The notes beneath the pieces were generated by a model. The model was not told the origin of the DNA, ran no database searches, and saw only the letters and a list, made by a program, of their open reading frames with translations. This document shows, one piece after another, positions 47,258 through 60,857 of a DNA stretch of 64,000 nt; the stretch's first letter is position 1, and every line of letters starts with the position of its first letter. A program made the position numbers and the translations under genes. Origin of the DNA: Prorocentrum cordatum (Eukaryota); assembly GCA_963575745.1 (NCBI GenBank), contig CAUYUJ010000199.1, positions 1-64,000 of the forward strand. The letters are read 5' to 3'.

Positions 47258-48457
47258 TTATCCGTCCACTTGCTTGCTCGCCGGGGGCTCAGCGGCTCTG
47301 CGCTGCAGCGCCAGCGAGGGTCGCGCCTGCTGCGGCGCTCCCTGCTCGCGCGCCTGAGTGGAGCAGCGGTTTGCCCGCCCGTCCGAAGGTGTCTTAAAGG
47401 GACGCGCTACATTAGCTGCAACCGGTGGCGAAGACAACTGACGCAGAGTAGGGGCGTCCATTGCCATATTATGCGCCATCTGCTTGCCGATTATATTGGC
47501 GCTGAGCTGAAGTTCCAGAGCATGCGCCCGCAACTCTGGTTGATTTCTACACCGCCTGTTCATCTCATGATGCAGCGCCTCTTTTGGGCTCGTGCCCGAA
47601 ACGAGCAACGGCGGCGCGCCAGGCATCATATTGCCGCCAACGCCTCGATGAAATCAAGCTCTCTCACGAATGGCGCATTGGCATCAAGACCTCCAATGGA
47701 CTTTTGCGCTCGGTGCTTCTGCGCGCTGCCGGTTGTTATCGTCGACTGCGCTTTGCTCTCGGCGGCAGTCTGCGAGTTGGCGTCGAGGGGCGCCCCGCGC
47801 GGCGCAGGTCAGATCTGCGCTCACCTCAGTGAATTTATGGAAATAATTCGCAAATTTGCTTGGCCTGGAGAATATTCCCCCCAGTGCGCCTGGTTAATTA
47901 ATTGCGAGGTGATGAGCCGGGTCTAGGCGCAACAATTTCAGCTGAGGCATGATGTGCTCGAGTTCGGCAAACATTGTCGCCGGCGGGTCATGCGACGCCG
48001 CGGAGACGCACTGCTGTAGAGCTCGCTCTGGCAAGTGCTGTTGAAGAGCCGCCTTCGCCGCAGATGCCGCCTCGCTGGTTGCGGGCTTCGTGCCGACGGC
48101 GGCCGGCGCGCGACCTGTTGCAGTTAAAATGTGTCTTTCGGCAGCGCCGTCTGGAAGTGGCGCCGCCGCCCGAATCTCTGCCGATTTCTGTAGTTCGCCC
48201 GACCTTTTGATGCGCGCGGCAGCGCGCAAGGTCGCGCCCGAGGAAATATGCTCAAACGCCGCGTTGTCAACGAGCTCGCCCATGAGAGCCGCTCGCAATT
48301 CGCTTATGAGAGGAGACGAGAATACGTCCTCCATCAATGATAGCCACTGAACGACATTTCCTGGTAGTAAATGCGTGGCGCAATTGCCGGCTCCCTTAAG
48401 GCGCGTCACAATCCTCGCCCTCGTCGGGCGCACTCGACCTTCGTGCAGGATGGACAA
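47258..48457 (-). pseudogene. Decayed DDE transposase-like gene of the C/D-x2-H class (Mutator/ISL3-like)
   Basis: FEHISSGAT (decayed first Asp), ASHDPP (second Asp), LDPAHHL (DxxH) and SGTSPKEALHHEMN (Glu), spread over broken ORFs 47894..48457 and 47258..47629. Confidence 0.55.
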
Positions 48458-48952
48458 AAATTGCGGTGTAAGTAAAAACGGTCATAGCATTGACAATCGT
48501 ATTTCGAGTTTTTATGTTGTCAAATCATAATATCGAGTAAATGGCCACTCGCGTATTTTTCGCACCGAAGCCCGGAAACCTTCGGCCGCCGGAGGTACCG
48601 CCGGGGAAAATTCAATATCGCAAGTTGCAGCGAACGCAATGGAAAAAAACACAACACATTCGAAGTTACCTCCGGAGGGCCTTTGTTCACTCCCCTGGAT
48701 ATCGGAAAACTTGCGGCCCCCAGCAGAAAAATCCAGATAACGATGCACGCTGTAATAGTCATAGTAGTTGTAATAATAATTATGGTTGCTACGCTGGCAA
48801 ATCGACTGAAGGGCCACGGGCGTATTTTTTGCCCCAGGACAAACAATGACCCGGCCACTGGCTCCACCTCCGGAAACCAAAACATCCACAGTGAAAATTG
48901 CAGCAATTGCTATGATAAGCGATACCAATTGGAAGTCAATTGCGGATGTTTT

Positions 48953-50470
48953 TCCCAACCATCCTGTGGTGTTTGGTCCTCGTTTTGAAGAGACAGCGCC
49001 CCGCGTTCCTTCCTCCTCCCGCATCTCCCTCCCCCTCCTCCCTCCCCCCCTCATGGCCTCTGCTCTCGGCGCGCCCCTCGCGCGTTTCGTAGCCCCATAG
49101 GGGGCTCCACCGAAGGCCCCAGTGGTTGCTCTCGTATGCGGCCCCCCCACCCAGAGCAGCGTTTCGTGGCCCCATAGGGGGCTCCACCGAAGGCCCCAGC
49201 GGCTGCTCTCGCAAGCGGTTCCCCCGCACAGGGCAACGCTTCGTGGCCCCATGGGGAGCTCCACCGAAGGCCCCACTGGCTGCTCTCGCATGCGGTTCCC
49301 CCACCCAAGGCAGCGCTTCGTGGCCCCATAAAGAGCTCCACCGAAAGCTCCAGTGGCTGCTCCCGCATGCGCTTCCCCCACCCAAGGCAGCGTTTCGTGG
49401 CCCCATAGGGAGTTCCACCGAAGGCCCCACTGGCTGCTCTCGCATGCGGCTCCCCCACCCAGGGCAGCGTTTCGTGGCCCTATAAAAAGCTCCACCGGAG
49501 GCCCCAGGTGCTGCTCCCGCATGCGGTTCCCCCACCCAGGGCAGCGTTTCGTGGCCCCATAGGGAGTTCCACCGAAGGCCCCACTGGCTGCTCTCGCATG
49601 CGGCTCCCCCACCCAGGGCAGCGTTTCGTGGCCCTATAAAAAGCTCCAGTTCCCCCACCCAGGACAGCGCTTCGTGGCCCCATGGGGAGCTCCACCGAAG
49701 GCCCCAGCGGCTGCTCTCGCATGCGGTTCCCCCACCCAAGGCAGCGCTTCGTGGCCCCATGGGGAGCTCCCCCGAAGGCACCAGGCGCAGTTCGCATGCG
49801 GTTCCCCCACCCAGGGCAGCGCTTCGTGGCCCCATAGGGGGCTCCACCGAAAGCCCCAGTGGCTGCTCTCGCATGCGGTTCCCCCGCCCAGGGCAGCGTT
49901 TCGTGGCCCCATAGGGAGCTCCACCGAAGGCCCCAGTGGCTGCTCTCGCATGCGGTTCCCCCGCCCAGGGCAGCGCTTCGTGGCCCCAAAAGGAGCGCCA
50001 CCGAAGGCCCCAGTGGCTGCTCTCGCATGCGGTTCCCCCATCCAGGGCAATGCTTCGTGGCCCCGTAGTGAGCTCCACCGAAGGCCCCAGGCGCAGTTCG
50101 CATGCGGGTCCCCCACCCAGGGCAGCGCTTCGTGGCCCCATGGGAAGCTCCACCGAAGGCCCCAGTGGCGCAGTTCGCAAACGGTTCCCCCACCCAGGGC
50201 AGCGCTTCGTGGCCCCATCGGGAGCCCCCCCGAAGGCCCCAGTCCCCAGTGGCTGCTCCCGCATGCGGTTCCCCCACCCAGGGCAGCGTTTCGTGGCCCC
50301 GTAGGGAACTCCACCGAAGGCCCCAGTGGCTGCTCTCGCATGCGGTTCCCCCACCCAGGGCAGCGTTTCGTGGCCCCATAAAAAGCTCCACCGAAGGCCC
50401 GCCCCAGTGGCTGCTCCCGCATGCGGTTCCCCCACCCAGGGCAGCGTATCGTGGCCCCATGGGGGGCCCC
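48953..50470 (-). repeat. ~77-bp satellite array (reverse orientation) ending in the same terminal hairpin motif
   Basis: TCGTGGCCCCATAGGGAGCTCCACCGAAGGC units; reverse-complement terminus at 48953-48994. Confidence 0.85.
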
Positions 50471-53400
50471 ACGGAAAGTGGCACCCACAACACGTTACGA
50501 ACAATTGCTTATGGTTGGGTCCTTCGCCAGAGTTATTCTGCCCCGGGGCCACCCGGAAAACCTTTGCCCCCCGACAGAGAGACACTGCAAACACTGAAGT
50601 AGCAATAGCCATCATAGTTGTAGTAGTATTACTAGTTGTTGTTTTGTAGATGGTGATGCAATAGTAGTAGCAGCGACAGTAATGGGCGAATCGCAGCGAC
50701 ATGACTTTACATAGAAAACAAACCCAGTTGCGCCAGATACCCCGCCGGTATCTGGCGCAACCGCGTCGTAGAAAAACATAGTTTCGGTGTTTGCGTTTCG
50801 TATGAAATCCGTCTTGTTTTAGTGTTTTGGCAAATGCGTTATGATCCCATGTTGTTCAGTCAGTAAAAATTGTTTAGTTTCCTTGAAAGGAACAAGCCCA
50901 CTTGCACCAGATACCAAGTTTTTTTAATCATTCGTATCCACGCTAGTCTGTTACTCTGTTTTGCTTATATTGCAAATGTAGCTGCCGCGGGTAGGCCCAG
51001 GATCCGAATCTCCAGTTGTATTTTGTCGTACGCCATGGCGTACGACTTTACCTTCTTCGAAGTCGGGGCCGCGATGGGGCCCATGCCTAACCTGCCTCCT
51101 TCCATCGCTTGGAACAAATTAGGACAGCGTCGACAAGATCGTATTGCCAACGGCGAGGATTCTAGGAGTGTTGAATATAGACTACATCATGTTTTAACTT
51201 ATCTTTTGATCGTATCCATACGTTTTAGCATTCTCCATCCCGGTAACCTAGAGGACAAGCTTTGGATCTCGTGCAATTTCCAGTGCGCATGGAAGAAGTG
51301 GAGCTTCCAGCGCTACGACGGTTATTTTGGATATCATCCGGAACCCTCCTAGGAGCTCTCGGGATCTTTCGGGATCTCCTGAGAGCCCCTGGCCCTCCCC
51401 CGCCCCCCCTCTCCCCCGGAAGCTCCCGAGGCCAAGGCCAGGAGTCTCGGGGCCGTCTTGGGCGTCGTGGAAATGTTTTGAGGAGAAGAGGATGAGGATA
51501 TATGGAGGAGGACAGTGAGGAAGAGGGGAAAGAGGCAGAGGAAGAAGAGGAGATAATGGAAACATATGAGGATGATGAGGAGGAGGCGGAGGAGACATAG
51601 GAGGAGGAGGAAGTCACAGATAATGAGCATGATAAAGAAGAAGGGAAGGGTGAGGATATTGGCGGAAGAGCAAGAGATGTGAGACTATGAAAAATGGCAA
51701 GGGAGAAAAAGGGTCGTATGTGACCCGTTTCGTCCTTCCACACACACATATATATACACATAGATGTATAGACATCACCGCCTTCGGCCTTCGGAATCGT
51801 TGTTGGTTGCTTATTCGGGCCCAGTTCCCAGTCGTTTTGCGACGGTGGACCCCGAGGCCAGCCGAAAGCAGTCACAGGCAGTTGCTTCTCCTTTCCGCTT
51901 CCCTTGCCGCCGCTCCAGCTCTTGCTCCTCGGGTTACCTTTGGGTCATGCTCTTCTCGGGAGCAGTGCTGCAACGTGCGGGTGCGAATCGCACGAAAATG
52001 GTGCTGCTGGGGCGCTGTGAGCATGTCCTTCAAGCGCGACGCCGCTCTCCCACGGAAAGCGGGGATGCCGCGCCGAAGAGGCCTCGGCCCAGGGCGGGCG
52101 GCGGGCGGCGGGCGGCGCACGCGGGGGAGGGGGGGGCGCGGCCCCGTCCCGTGCGGGGCCCTTTTCGGACGGCTGCCCCCGCGCCGTCGACGTCGTGTCC
52201 GCTGCCGCCGACGTCGACGTCTCCATCGCCGCCGCCGTCGTCGATGTCGATGACGTCGCCGCGGCGGCGACGATCCCGACAGAGACGACGAGCACGACGG
52301 TGGCTGTCGGCAGCGACGACAACAACGACCGCGACGGGCTCGCCGCAGGGACGACGGCCGACGTCGGCGGCGACGACACCGACGTCGGTCGTCGTCATGG
52401 TGGTGGCGGGTCCGCTCGGGCGCGCGGGCCCCGTGCGCGACCCCCTTTGGCCCAGGGGGCCCCTGCCAGGGGACGCGGGGGGGCCTCGGCAGCCCGGGCT
52501 CGCGGCCCGCGGGGAGGCGGTTCGGCCCCGCCAGGGCCGCCCGGGAGGCCTCGGCCCCGTGGCGGCGGCGGCGGCGGCGGCGGCGGCCCGCGGGGGGCGC
52601 GGCCCCCGCGCAGCGAGGAGGCGGAGGAGGAGGAGGAGGAGGAGGAGGAGGAGGCGGAGGAGGAGGAGGAAGAGGAGGAGGAGGAGGAGGAGGAGGAGGA
52701 GGAGGAGGAGGAGGAGGAGGCGGGGGGGTCGGAGGAGGGGGGGAAGGAGGCGGAGGAGGAGGCCGAAGAGGAGGAGAGAAGCGAGGATGAGGAGGAGGAG
52801 GAGGAGGAGGAGGGGGGAGGAGGCGGAGGAGGCGGAGGCGGAGGAGGCGGGGGGGCCGACGACGGCCCGGATGGCGCTCTGGCGACGAGCGGCGACGGGC
52901 GGGGCCAGCCACGGGAGCTCGCGCGGGCCTGTCGCGGCGGGGGCCCGCGGCGGCTGCCCGCGCTCGGCTTGGTCAGGGCCGAGGAGGCGCCTGCCTCGCG
53001 CGGGGCGCTGGGGCTCGGGGCGCTGGGGCTCGTGCCGTGCCGGCACGGCAGCGGGCCCGCCCTTCTCCTCCTCCTCCTCCTCTCCTCCCTCCTCCTCCTC
53101 CTCCTCCTCCTCCTGCCCCTCCTCCTCCTCCCTCCTCCTGCCTCCTCCTCCTCCTCCTCCTGCTCCTCTTCCTCCTCCTCCTCCTCCTCCTCCTCCTCCT
53201 CCTCCTCCTTCCTGCTCCTCCTCCTCCTCCTCCTCCGCAGCGCAGGCGTTCAAGACTGAGCGCCGCAGTTGGCCCAGAACCCGGCAACGAAAGATTCTGC
53301 GCGAGAGCCGCCGATAGTCCAAGGCGTGAAACAAATTGGCGCTGGGGTCGTCACGACGCGAACCTGCCGTACCGAGGCCGCTGCCCCGCCCTCGTCGGTT

Positions 53401-53654
53401 GCGACTGGCGGGTCGGCAAAGCCAGCCGTCGACGAAACCAGCTGGCGGGTCGGCGAAACCAGCCAGGCGAAACCAGCGTCGGCGAAACCTAGCAGTCGCC
53501 GTCGCCACGGCCGGATTCGCCTCGAAATCTTGGCTTCGGAAGCCGAGAGTCGGAAAAGGAAGTCGAACAGACAGTTGCATAAGCATAAGTTCGCTGAGGT
53601 CCGTTCGGATTTCTTGTGTTGGCCTCTGGCGCCACCCCCGGCGCGCTCCACGCG

Positions 53655-53817
53655 CCTGGGATGGGGTCCAGAGCCGATCCAAGGAATCCGCGCGGACCTC
53701 CGAGAAGTTATGACTCTGCAGTATTTCGTTGCGGCCTGGGATGGGGTCCAGAGCCGATCCGAGGAATCCGCGCAGACCTCCGAGAAGTTATGATTATGCA
53801 GTATTTCGTTGCGGCCG
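53655..53817 (+). repeat. 80-bp tandem duplication
   Basis: CCTGGGATGGGGTCCAGAGCCGATCC...CAGTATTTCGTTGCGG at 53655 and 53735. Confidence 0.9.
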
Positions 53818-53925
53818 CCCTCACCGAGGCAGGACCACCCCGGTCTCGTCGTTGGTGGTGCTACTCGGCCCTCGGGCTTCCCGGGTGGCCGGAAGACAGC
53901 CAAGAGCACCGACCTCTTGGATCAA

Positions 53926-54106
53926 GTCGGGCCTGTCCCCCTACAGGGGGAGGTTCGACGAATAATGAAACATGCCATCAAAATAGTAAAGCAAAAAAAA
54001 AAACTCCTGGGGACTGCTTTTTTAGTATTTTTTGACCTTTGTGGGGTATCGTTGGTGTATGTTATATTTTTCGTCGAAAATCCCCCTGTAGGGGGACACG
54101 CCCGAC
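53926..54106. mobile_element. MITE-like element with ~37-bp inverted repeats and an AT-rich core
   Basis: GTCGGGCCTGTCCCCCTACAGGGGGAGGTTCGACGAA versus right-end reverse complement GTCGGGCGTGTCCCCCTACAGGGGGATTTTCGACGAA. Confidence 0.7.
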
Positions 54107-55261
54107 ATAAATCTTGGAGCACCTCCCCCTGGCGGAGGCACCCCCCTGAGTTGGTGAGGGTGCCATTTTCGAGGCCCCCAGTGGTCAGATCGCGCCCCAC
54201 GAGAGGTCCAGGGATCCGCGGGCGACGTGTGTGCACCGTAAGGCGTTGGCCTCTCCCGAGGCCCGGTCGATCTTCGACCCAGGAACGGTGCGCTGCAGAG
54301 TTCTGCGGCCCGTGCGGAGCCGAAAAATGATGCACCGTGCGGCGTCGGAGTGGGTCCTAAAGGGAGTCCAAGCGTGGTGCGGTGCACGGGCGCCGTTTTC
54401 GTGGGGGGGCCCGTTTTTGCCCCCCCGCCGCCCTGGCCGGGTGCCACCCGCAGGGCCGCCCCTCCCTCAACCCCAGCTCTCGGGAGTGGCTCAAAGTGCC
54501 CCTGGCCTAAGTCGAGGGAGAAACAGACACCCGGACCAGACAATTGGCGTGTATTACACGGCCTTGGGCGTTTCCCAAACAGCCCTGCCTTGTTCGATTC
54601 CTCCAGCGAGGGCGTTTAGTAAACGGCTTCGCGTGTCAGGGTGGTTATTCAGGGGGTGGATTTTTCGCCCTCCACCAAGGGACCCAAAGAGCAGCCTTGC
54701 GCTCCAGACTGGAGCCCCTGGGGCCCTGTGGGCCTCGCGAGTGGTGCTCTGGAGGCCGCGGGGCCCGCCCTAGAATAGGTCGGGAGTCTCTGGAAGAAGC
54801 CGATAAGATAGGCACGAATTGTCAAACAAATAGTCAGAAGAGCGCGAAGAATCGCCCCCAGACTATTTTCTTCACTGTTCTTGGAGATTCCTTCTGTAGA
54901 GGGACATGCCCGACGGAACCTTAGAAATCTTGGGGAGCATCTTGGGCCTGGGGCACTTCAAGCAACACCTGAGCCCCCACCCCCGCCCCGCGGCGAGGAG
55001 CAGGAGCCGCGGCCGCCCGGAGCAGGGCGCCGCAGGCGCGGTGCGTCCCCCATGCTTGTTGTCCGACCGTCCGCCCCCGCGCTCCCTTCGGACGGCTTGA
55101 AGGGGCGGCGGGGACTGAAAGTGCAGGGGAGGCCTGGTATGCGGAGGGGGAGGAGAGGATGATGATGAAGCATGAGGAGGAGGAGGAGGAGGAGAAGGGG
55201 AAGGAGGAGGAGGAGCAGGGAGGAGGAGGAGGAGGTTGAGGAGGATGGGTAGGATGATGAG

Positions 55262-55440
<179 letters not shown>

Positions 55441-56471
55441 GAAACCAATTGCCCTAGCCAGCTCAACCTGCCAACCCGTCCAACCAGCCAGCCAGCCCAC
55501 CCAGCCACCCCGCCACCCAGCCAACCCGTCAGCCAACCAGCCCAGCCGCCCACCCCGTCATCCCGCCAACCAGCCGATCCCCTCCGCCTGCTCTCCGTGC
55601 CCAACCAGCCACCCTGCCAACCCGCTCTCCCCCGCCGCCTGCCCTCCGTCACCGCCGAGAGGGGGGGGAAGTGTTTCTTACCAGCGAAAACCAGAAAACT
55701 AGCCCTCCCGGGGACCGGCGGGACAGCGGGGAGGGGGCAAATCGCACCGTACTATGCAGGACCGGGAATGGCGGGGGGGGGGCCCGGCACGGTTTTGGGC
55801 CTCAAGTGTGTAACTGTCGTCATTTTTCAACGTCCACCGCGCCCTCTTTCTCAATGGGAAGGCTCCCATCCTTGAAACTGTCGCCAATTTTGAGGCCCCG
55901 CGCGTGGCTTCTTAGAGAGCCGCCAAGAGGCCCCAGGAGGTCTCAGGAGGCATCAGGAAGCTCCAGGAGGCTTCAGGACGTCCCCGGAGGCCGTGGGAAT
56001 CCTAAGGAGGCTCCAGGACGCTCCAGGAGGTCCCAGGATGCCCCGCGAGGTCCCACAAGGCCCCAAGAGGTCCCATCACGCTCCGGGCGTATCCTGAACG
56101 ACCCAAAAGTTCCAGAACGCTGCGGACGCCCCTGGAGGGCTGAGGATACCCTAGGAGAGCCCAGGAGGTTTCAAGAGGCCGCAGGAAGTCCCCAAAGGTT
56201 GCTATCCCAGGAGGCCCCTGGGATTCCCAGGAGGCTCCATGAGGTCCCATGGTCCATCACGCCCGAGGTAGGGAGGGGGAGGCGGAGGAGGAGGAGGACG
56301 TGGACGAGGAGGAGGAGGACAAGGAAAAGGAGGAGGAGGAGGAGGAGGACGAGGAGAAGGATGAGAAGGAGGAGGACGAGCATGATGAGGAAAATATGAG
56401 CAGAGTGACAGCGTGACGCCCGAGCAAATACACTTGGTTCAATGGGCTTCTACCCCCGCGAGGGGCGTTAC

Positions 56472-56472
56472 A

Positions 56473-56553
<81 letters not shown>

Positions 56554-56591
56554 CAGTAGTAGTAGTAGTAATAGTAGTAGTAGTCGTAGTC

Positions 56592-56635
<44 letters not shown>

Positions 56636-56684
56636 CGTAGTAGTAGCAGTAGTAGTAGTGGTAGTCGTAGTCGTAGTCGTAGTA

Positions 56685-56723
<39 letters not shown>

Positions 56724-56774
56724 ATAGTAGTAATCGTAGTATTAGTAGTAGTAGTAGTAGTAGTAGTAGTCGTC

Positions 56775-56807
<33 letters not shown>

Positions 56808-56932
56808 ATAGTAGTAGCAGTAGTAGAAGTAGTAGTAGTAGTAGTAGGAGAAGTAGTAGTAGTAGCCGTAGTCGTAATCGTAGTAGTAATAGTAATAGCG
56901 GTAGTAGTAGTAGTAGTAGTAGCAGTAGTAGC

Positions 56933-56964
<32 letters not shown>

Positions 56965-57142
56965 AAAAGTAGTAGTCGTAATCGCAGCAGGAGCAGTGTC
57001 AGTAGCAGTAGCAGTAGCATTCGCAGTAGTAGTAGGTAGTAGTACTAGTAGTACTAGCCGTAGTCCAAGTCGTAGTAGTAGTACTCGTTTTAGTACTAGT
57101 AGTAGTAGCAGTAGTAGTAGTAGTAGTAGTAGTAGCGGTAGC

Positions 57143-57187
<45 letters not shown>

Positions 57188-57251
57188 CGTAGTAGTAGTA
57201 GTCGTAGTAGTTGTTGTAGAAGTAGTGGTGGTGGTGGTAGTAGTAGTCGTC

Positions 57252-57286
<35 letters not shown>

Positions 57287-57302
57287 CATAGTAGTATGTA
57301 GC

Positions 57303-57344
<42 letters not shown>

Positions 57345-57410
57345 CGTAGTAGTAGCCGTAGGTAGTAGGTAGGTAAGTAGGTAGGTAGGCAGGCAGGCAG
57401 GTAGGTAGTG

Positions 57411-57444
<34 letters not shown>

Positions 57445-57630
57445 AGGTAGTANNNNNNNNNNNNNNNNNNNNNNNNNNNNNNNNNNNNNNNNNNNNNNNN
57501 NNNNNNNNNNNNNNNNNNNNNNNNNNNNNNNNNNNNNNNNNNNNNNNNNNNNTCGTCGTCGTCGTCGTCGTCGTCGTAGTAGTAGTAGTAGTAGTAGTAG
57601 TAGCCGTATAGTAGAAGTCGTAGTCGTATA
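56472..57630. repeat. Long (TAG)n microsatellite spanning the assembly gap
   Basis: Read directly from the sequence. Confidence 0.95.
57453..57552. other. Scaffold gap (100 N)
   Basis: Run of exactly 100 N, probably a placeholder of unknown true size. Confidence 0.99.
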
Positions 57631-60600
57631 GTGTTCTGGTGGGTCATGTTGGCGGGGAAGAAGGTGGAGGTGAAGGAGGAGGATGATGAGGAGGAGGAGG
57701 GGGAGGGGGAGGGGGAGGTTAGCGATGATGAGGAAGGCGGTGGGGCACGGGAAGGCAAGGTGGATGTGAGATTATTTTTGCTCCTGACGCCTCCGCGCCC
57801 AGGGCTGCCCGCCGCGGTCGCTCCCGTGGCCAAGCGACGCCTGGTGTCGAAGGCCAGTCACAGAGCCGTGGCCGCGGTGCCGCAGGAGAAAGCCCGTGTG
57901 GGGCTGGGGGGGCCTCGTTCGGCGACGGACGATCTTCATCGAAGAAGAGAAATCCTACAGTGGGGGCGCGCATCAAGAAACCATGTATTTTTCGCCAGGG
58001 TATCCTAGTTTTTGTTCGCTCCTCGTGCTGCGCGGTGACTTCCCGCAGCCGTTGAAGGAGCTGCTGCGTTCAGGGTGCTCCATGTTTCCCCAGGTGCACC
58101 TCGCGCGCGGGTTCTCAGGGTTGGGTTTCTTGCGAGGGTTTCTTGCGGCCGTGCCCGCACTGTAACACTGGATTGTCGGAGTTCCGGATCGATCTCTTGT
58201 ATCGAAGTCGCCTGCGTCGAATCACCGCCGACCTTTTGAATCGCCCATGTGGCCAACCATGTGGCCGAGCGTTGTTGCAAGAGCTCTGCCAAGCTATCGG
58301 ATCATGTGTTCCCCCAGCCTTTGTGTAAACTTTTCGGAGCTTACTTGGGGGAGGATGGCGGGGAATATCATGAGGAGGAGGGTGAGGAGGAGGAGGGTGA
58401 AGAGGAGGAGGAGGAGGAGGAGGAGGAGGAGGAGGAGGAGGAGGGGGCATCTTGGGAGCCTCTTGGAGGCATCTTGGGGGCCTCCTTGGGCCTCTTGGGA
58501 GCCTTTAGGTCGGGGGCCTTTGCCTGCTTAGTTAGGGTGTTCCTGGCGCGTCTGTCGCCGTCGGAAGCCGTCTTGGGGGCTTCTCTGGGCCGACTTCGGG
58601 CCTTCTTGGGGTACTCCAGGGCTGTCTTGGCGGCCATCTAGGGTATTTTGGAGGCCTCGTAGGCCTTCTTGGAGCCCCCTTGGAGCCGTCTTGGGGGCCT
58701 CTCGGACTGTTCTGGGGCCATTTTGGAACCCTCTTGGGCGATCTTGGGGCGATCTTTGGGGCTCATGGGCTGTCTCTGGCCGTCGGAAGCTCGAACAGAA
58801 ACAACTTCTAAAATCCTTCACAGACCTAAGGCAAGTCAATGATTTTGGCCTCTTCGAGCCTTCCTGTAGGCCCTCTTGGGGGCCTCTTGGGGGCCTCTTG
58901 GGCCGTCTTGGGGGCCTCTTGGGGGCCTCGTGGGCCGTCTTCCGTCATCACAGTGCCGTCTTGGGCCGTTTTGGACGGTTCATTGGCAAATTTGGAGGCG
59001 TCTTGGACGCTCTTGGACCGTCTTGGAGGCCATATTAGACCATATTGGGCGAAATGGAGGGCCATCTTGGCCGTCTTGGAGGCCATCTTGGAGCCATCTG
59101 GAGCGGGAAAAGCGTTTACAACCACTTCCGGTCAAGCCTTCCAGGCAAGCCTTCCGGGTGGCCTGCGCGCTGTGCCGAAGCCCCAGGGGAAGCTCTTTTG
59201 GCAAAGAACCGAAACCGAGCTGGCTATGATTCAGTACGCCAGATACCCCTGTGATAAATGAACAGGAGGCGGCGGATTTAATTGCTTTCGGACAATCCCG
59301 CCACCGTGCCTGGGTTGTGGGTCAGAGTTCTCAGGGATGCTTCTCGGGGTCTCTTCGGAGCGCTCTCGGGGGCCTCTTGGGAGCATTTTTGGGGCTTCTT
59401 GGGGGCCTCTTGGGGCCTCTTGAGGGCCTCTTGGGGCCTCTTTGGGGCCTCTTGGGTGCCTCTTGGGGCTTCCTGGGGCCTCTCGGGGCCGAGGGCTCGA
59501 AATGTCGGTTCGGGTCACCCGTCTGGGCCCCCTCTTGGAGCCGTCGCTGCGGCCTCTTGGGCCGTCTTGGGCGCTTCTTGGGTTGTCTTGGGGCCCTCGT
59601 GGGCCGTCTTGGGGCCCTCTTGGAGACCTCTTGGACCGTCTTGCGGCGAACTTGGGGGGCCGTCCGTCATGGAGCGTCGGGAAACCGAAAAGGCGAGAAA
59701 GCCAGAAACCTTCGAAAACCAATGCCGCATTCATATTTTTCCCTCTTGGAGCCCTCTTGGGAGGCCTCTTAGCGGCCTCTTGGGGGGTCTTGGGGGCCTC
59801 TTGGGCCGTTTGGGGGCAATCCCTTCTTGGGGCTCTCTTGGGCCGGGCTCAGTTGGGAGGCCTGTCGCCGATGCGTCGGCGACGTCGGGATGGAGAAAGG
59901 CGTGCTTCCTCTTCGAGTGGACTCCTGCCAGTGCCGCCGATCCGTGGCGCTCGTGCCCCCCGTCGGGGTGCACTGGGCGGGTCCCGGGGGGAGGGTCCCG
60001 GGGGGGTCCGCTGTGTTTCCTTGGCATCGCTCGGACGTGTGCATTTTTCCTTCGGCGAGGACAATCGAGGAGCATCCTTGATCATTTGGCGAAAAAATCA
60101 CGCTCGGACGTCCATTCCGAATGGACGTCCGAGCGATGGCGAGTTTCTTTTTGTGCCTGTCGCGGTTCTCTCGATCGTCGTCCCTCCCGGTCTGTCCGCC
60201 CTGTCCTTTTCCTCCCCTCTGTGCCTCCCTCCTGCCGGTCCCTGCTCTCGCGGTGTCCTGCTGCTGCGCTCCCCCGCTCCTGCTCCCTGTTGTCTCTGCG
60301 ACGATCCCGCTCGCGAAGCGAGGTTGTGGGTCGAATAGCGTCTCCATCGCTGGCTGTATTGTGTTTTTAAACCTCTGGCCAGTACGCTTGCGGCTGGCTC
60401 CTGTCAGGACAAAAAGTCTCTAGGCCTCGCCCCCCTGTTCTCTGCTGCTTGCCCCTCTTCTTTTTACTTTCTTGCGGTTCCCCTGCATTCGGCAGTCCTC
60501 TGGCCCGAGGTGGAACCAGCGCTCCCGACCCAGTCCCGTGGAAGGATGCTGTCCCTGTTCGCTGTCCGTCGCTTGCGGAGCCGAGGATGTCCATGGGGTC

Positions 60601-60857
60601 GTTCTTTGGTGCTGAGCAGGGCGATCGCTGGCATCCCAGGATCGTCGGCGTGTCAGGGCACTTATTCAAGCCGTTCGCTCTGGAGTGCGGGGCAAACTGG
60701 GACAGCTGCCACTGGTGGCTCCATCACCAGACGGCTGAGATTCGTGACCACATGGAGGACGTCGTCCTGGCTCAGCTGACTGCAGAGCACCACCCGTGGT
60801 ACTCGTGAGTTCCCCAGGGCAGTGGGCGGCGGCGGCGGGGAGCGTCGACGAGGACGA

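Noticed and set aside
50870..51352. 160-aa ORF
   Set aside because: Non-ATG start, no recognisable domain and no clear splice signals.
56472..57630. (TAG)n tract beside the gap as a telomere
   Set aside because: It is not the TTTAGGG-type repeat, and the same microsatellite occurs internally elsewhere in the window.
57940..58340. Unique-looking island, possibly a retroelement fragment
   Set aside because: No RT, endonuclease or gag motif identifiable.
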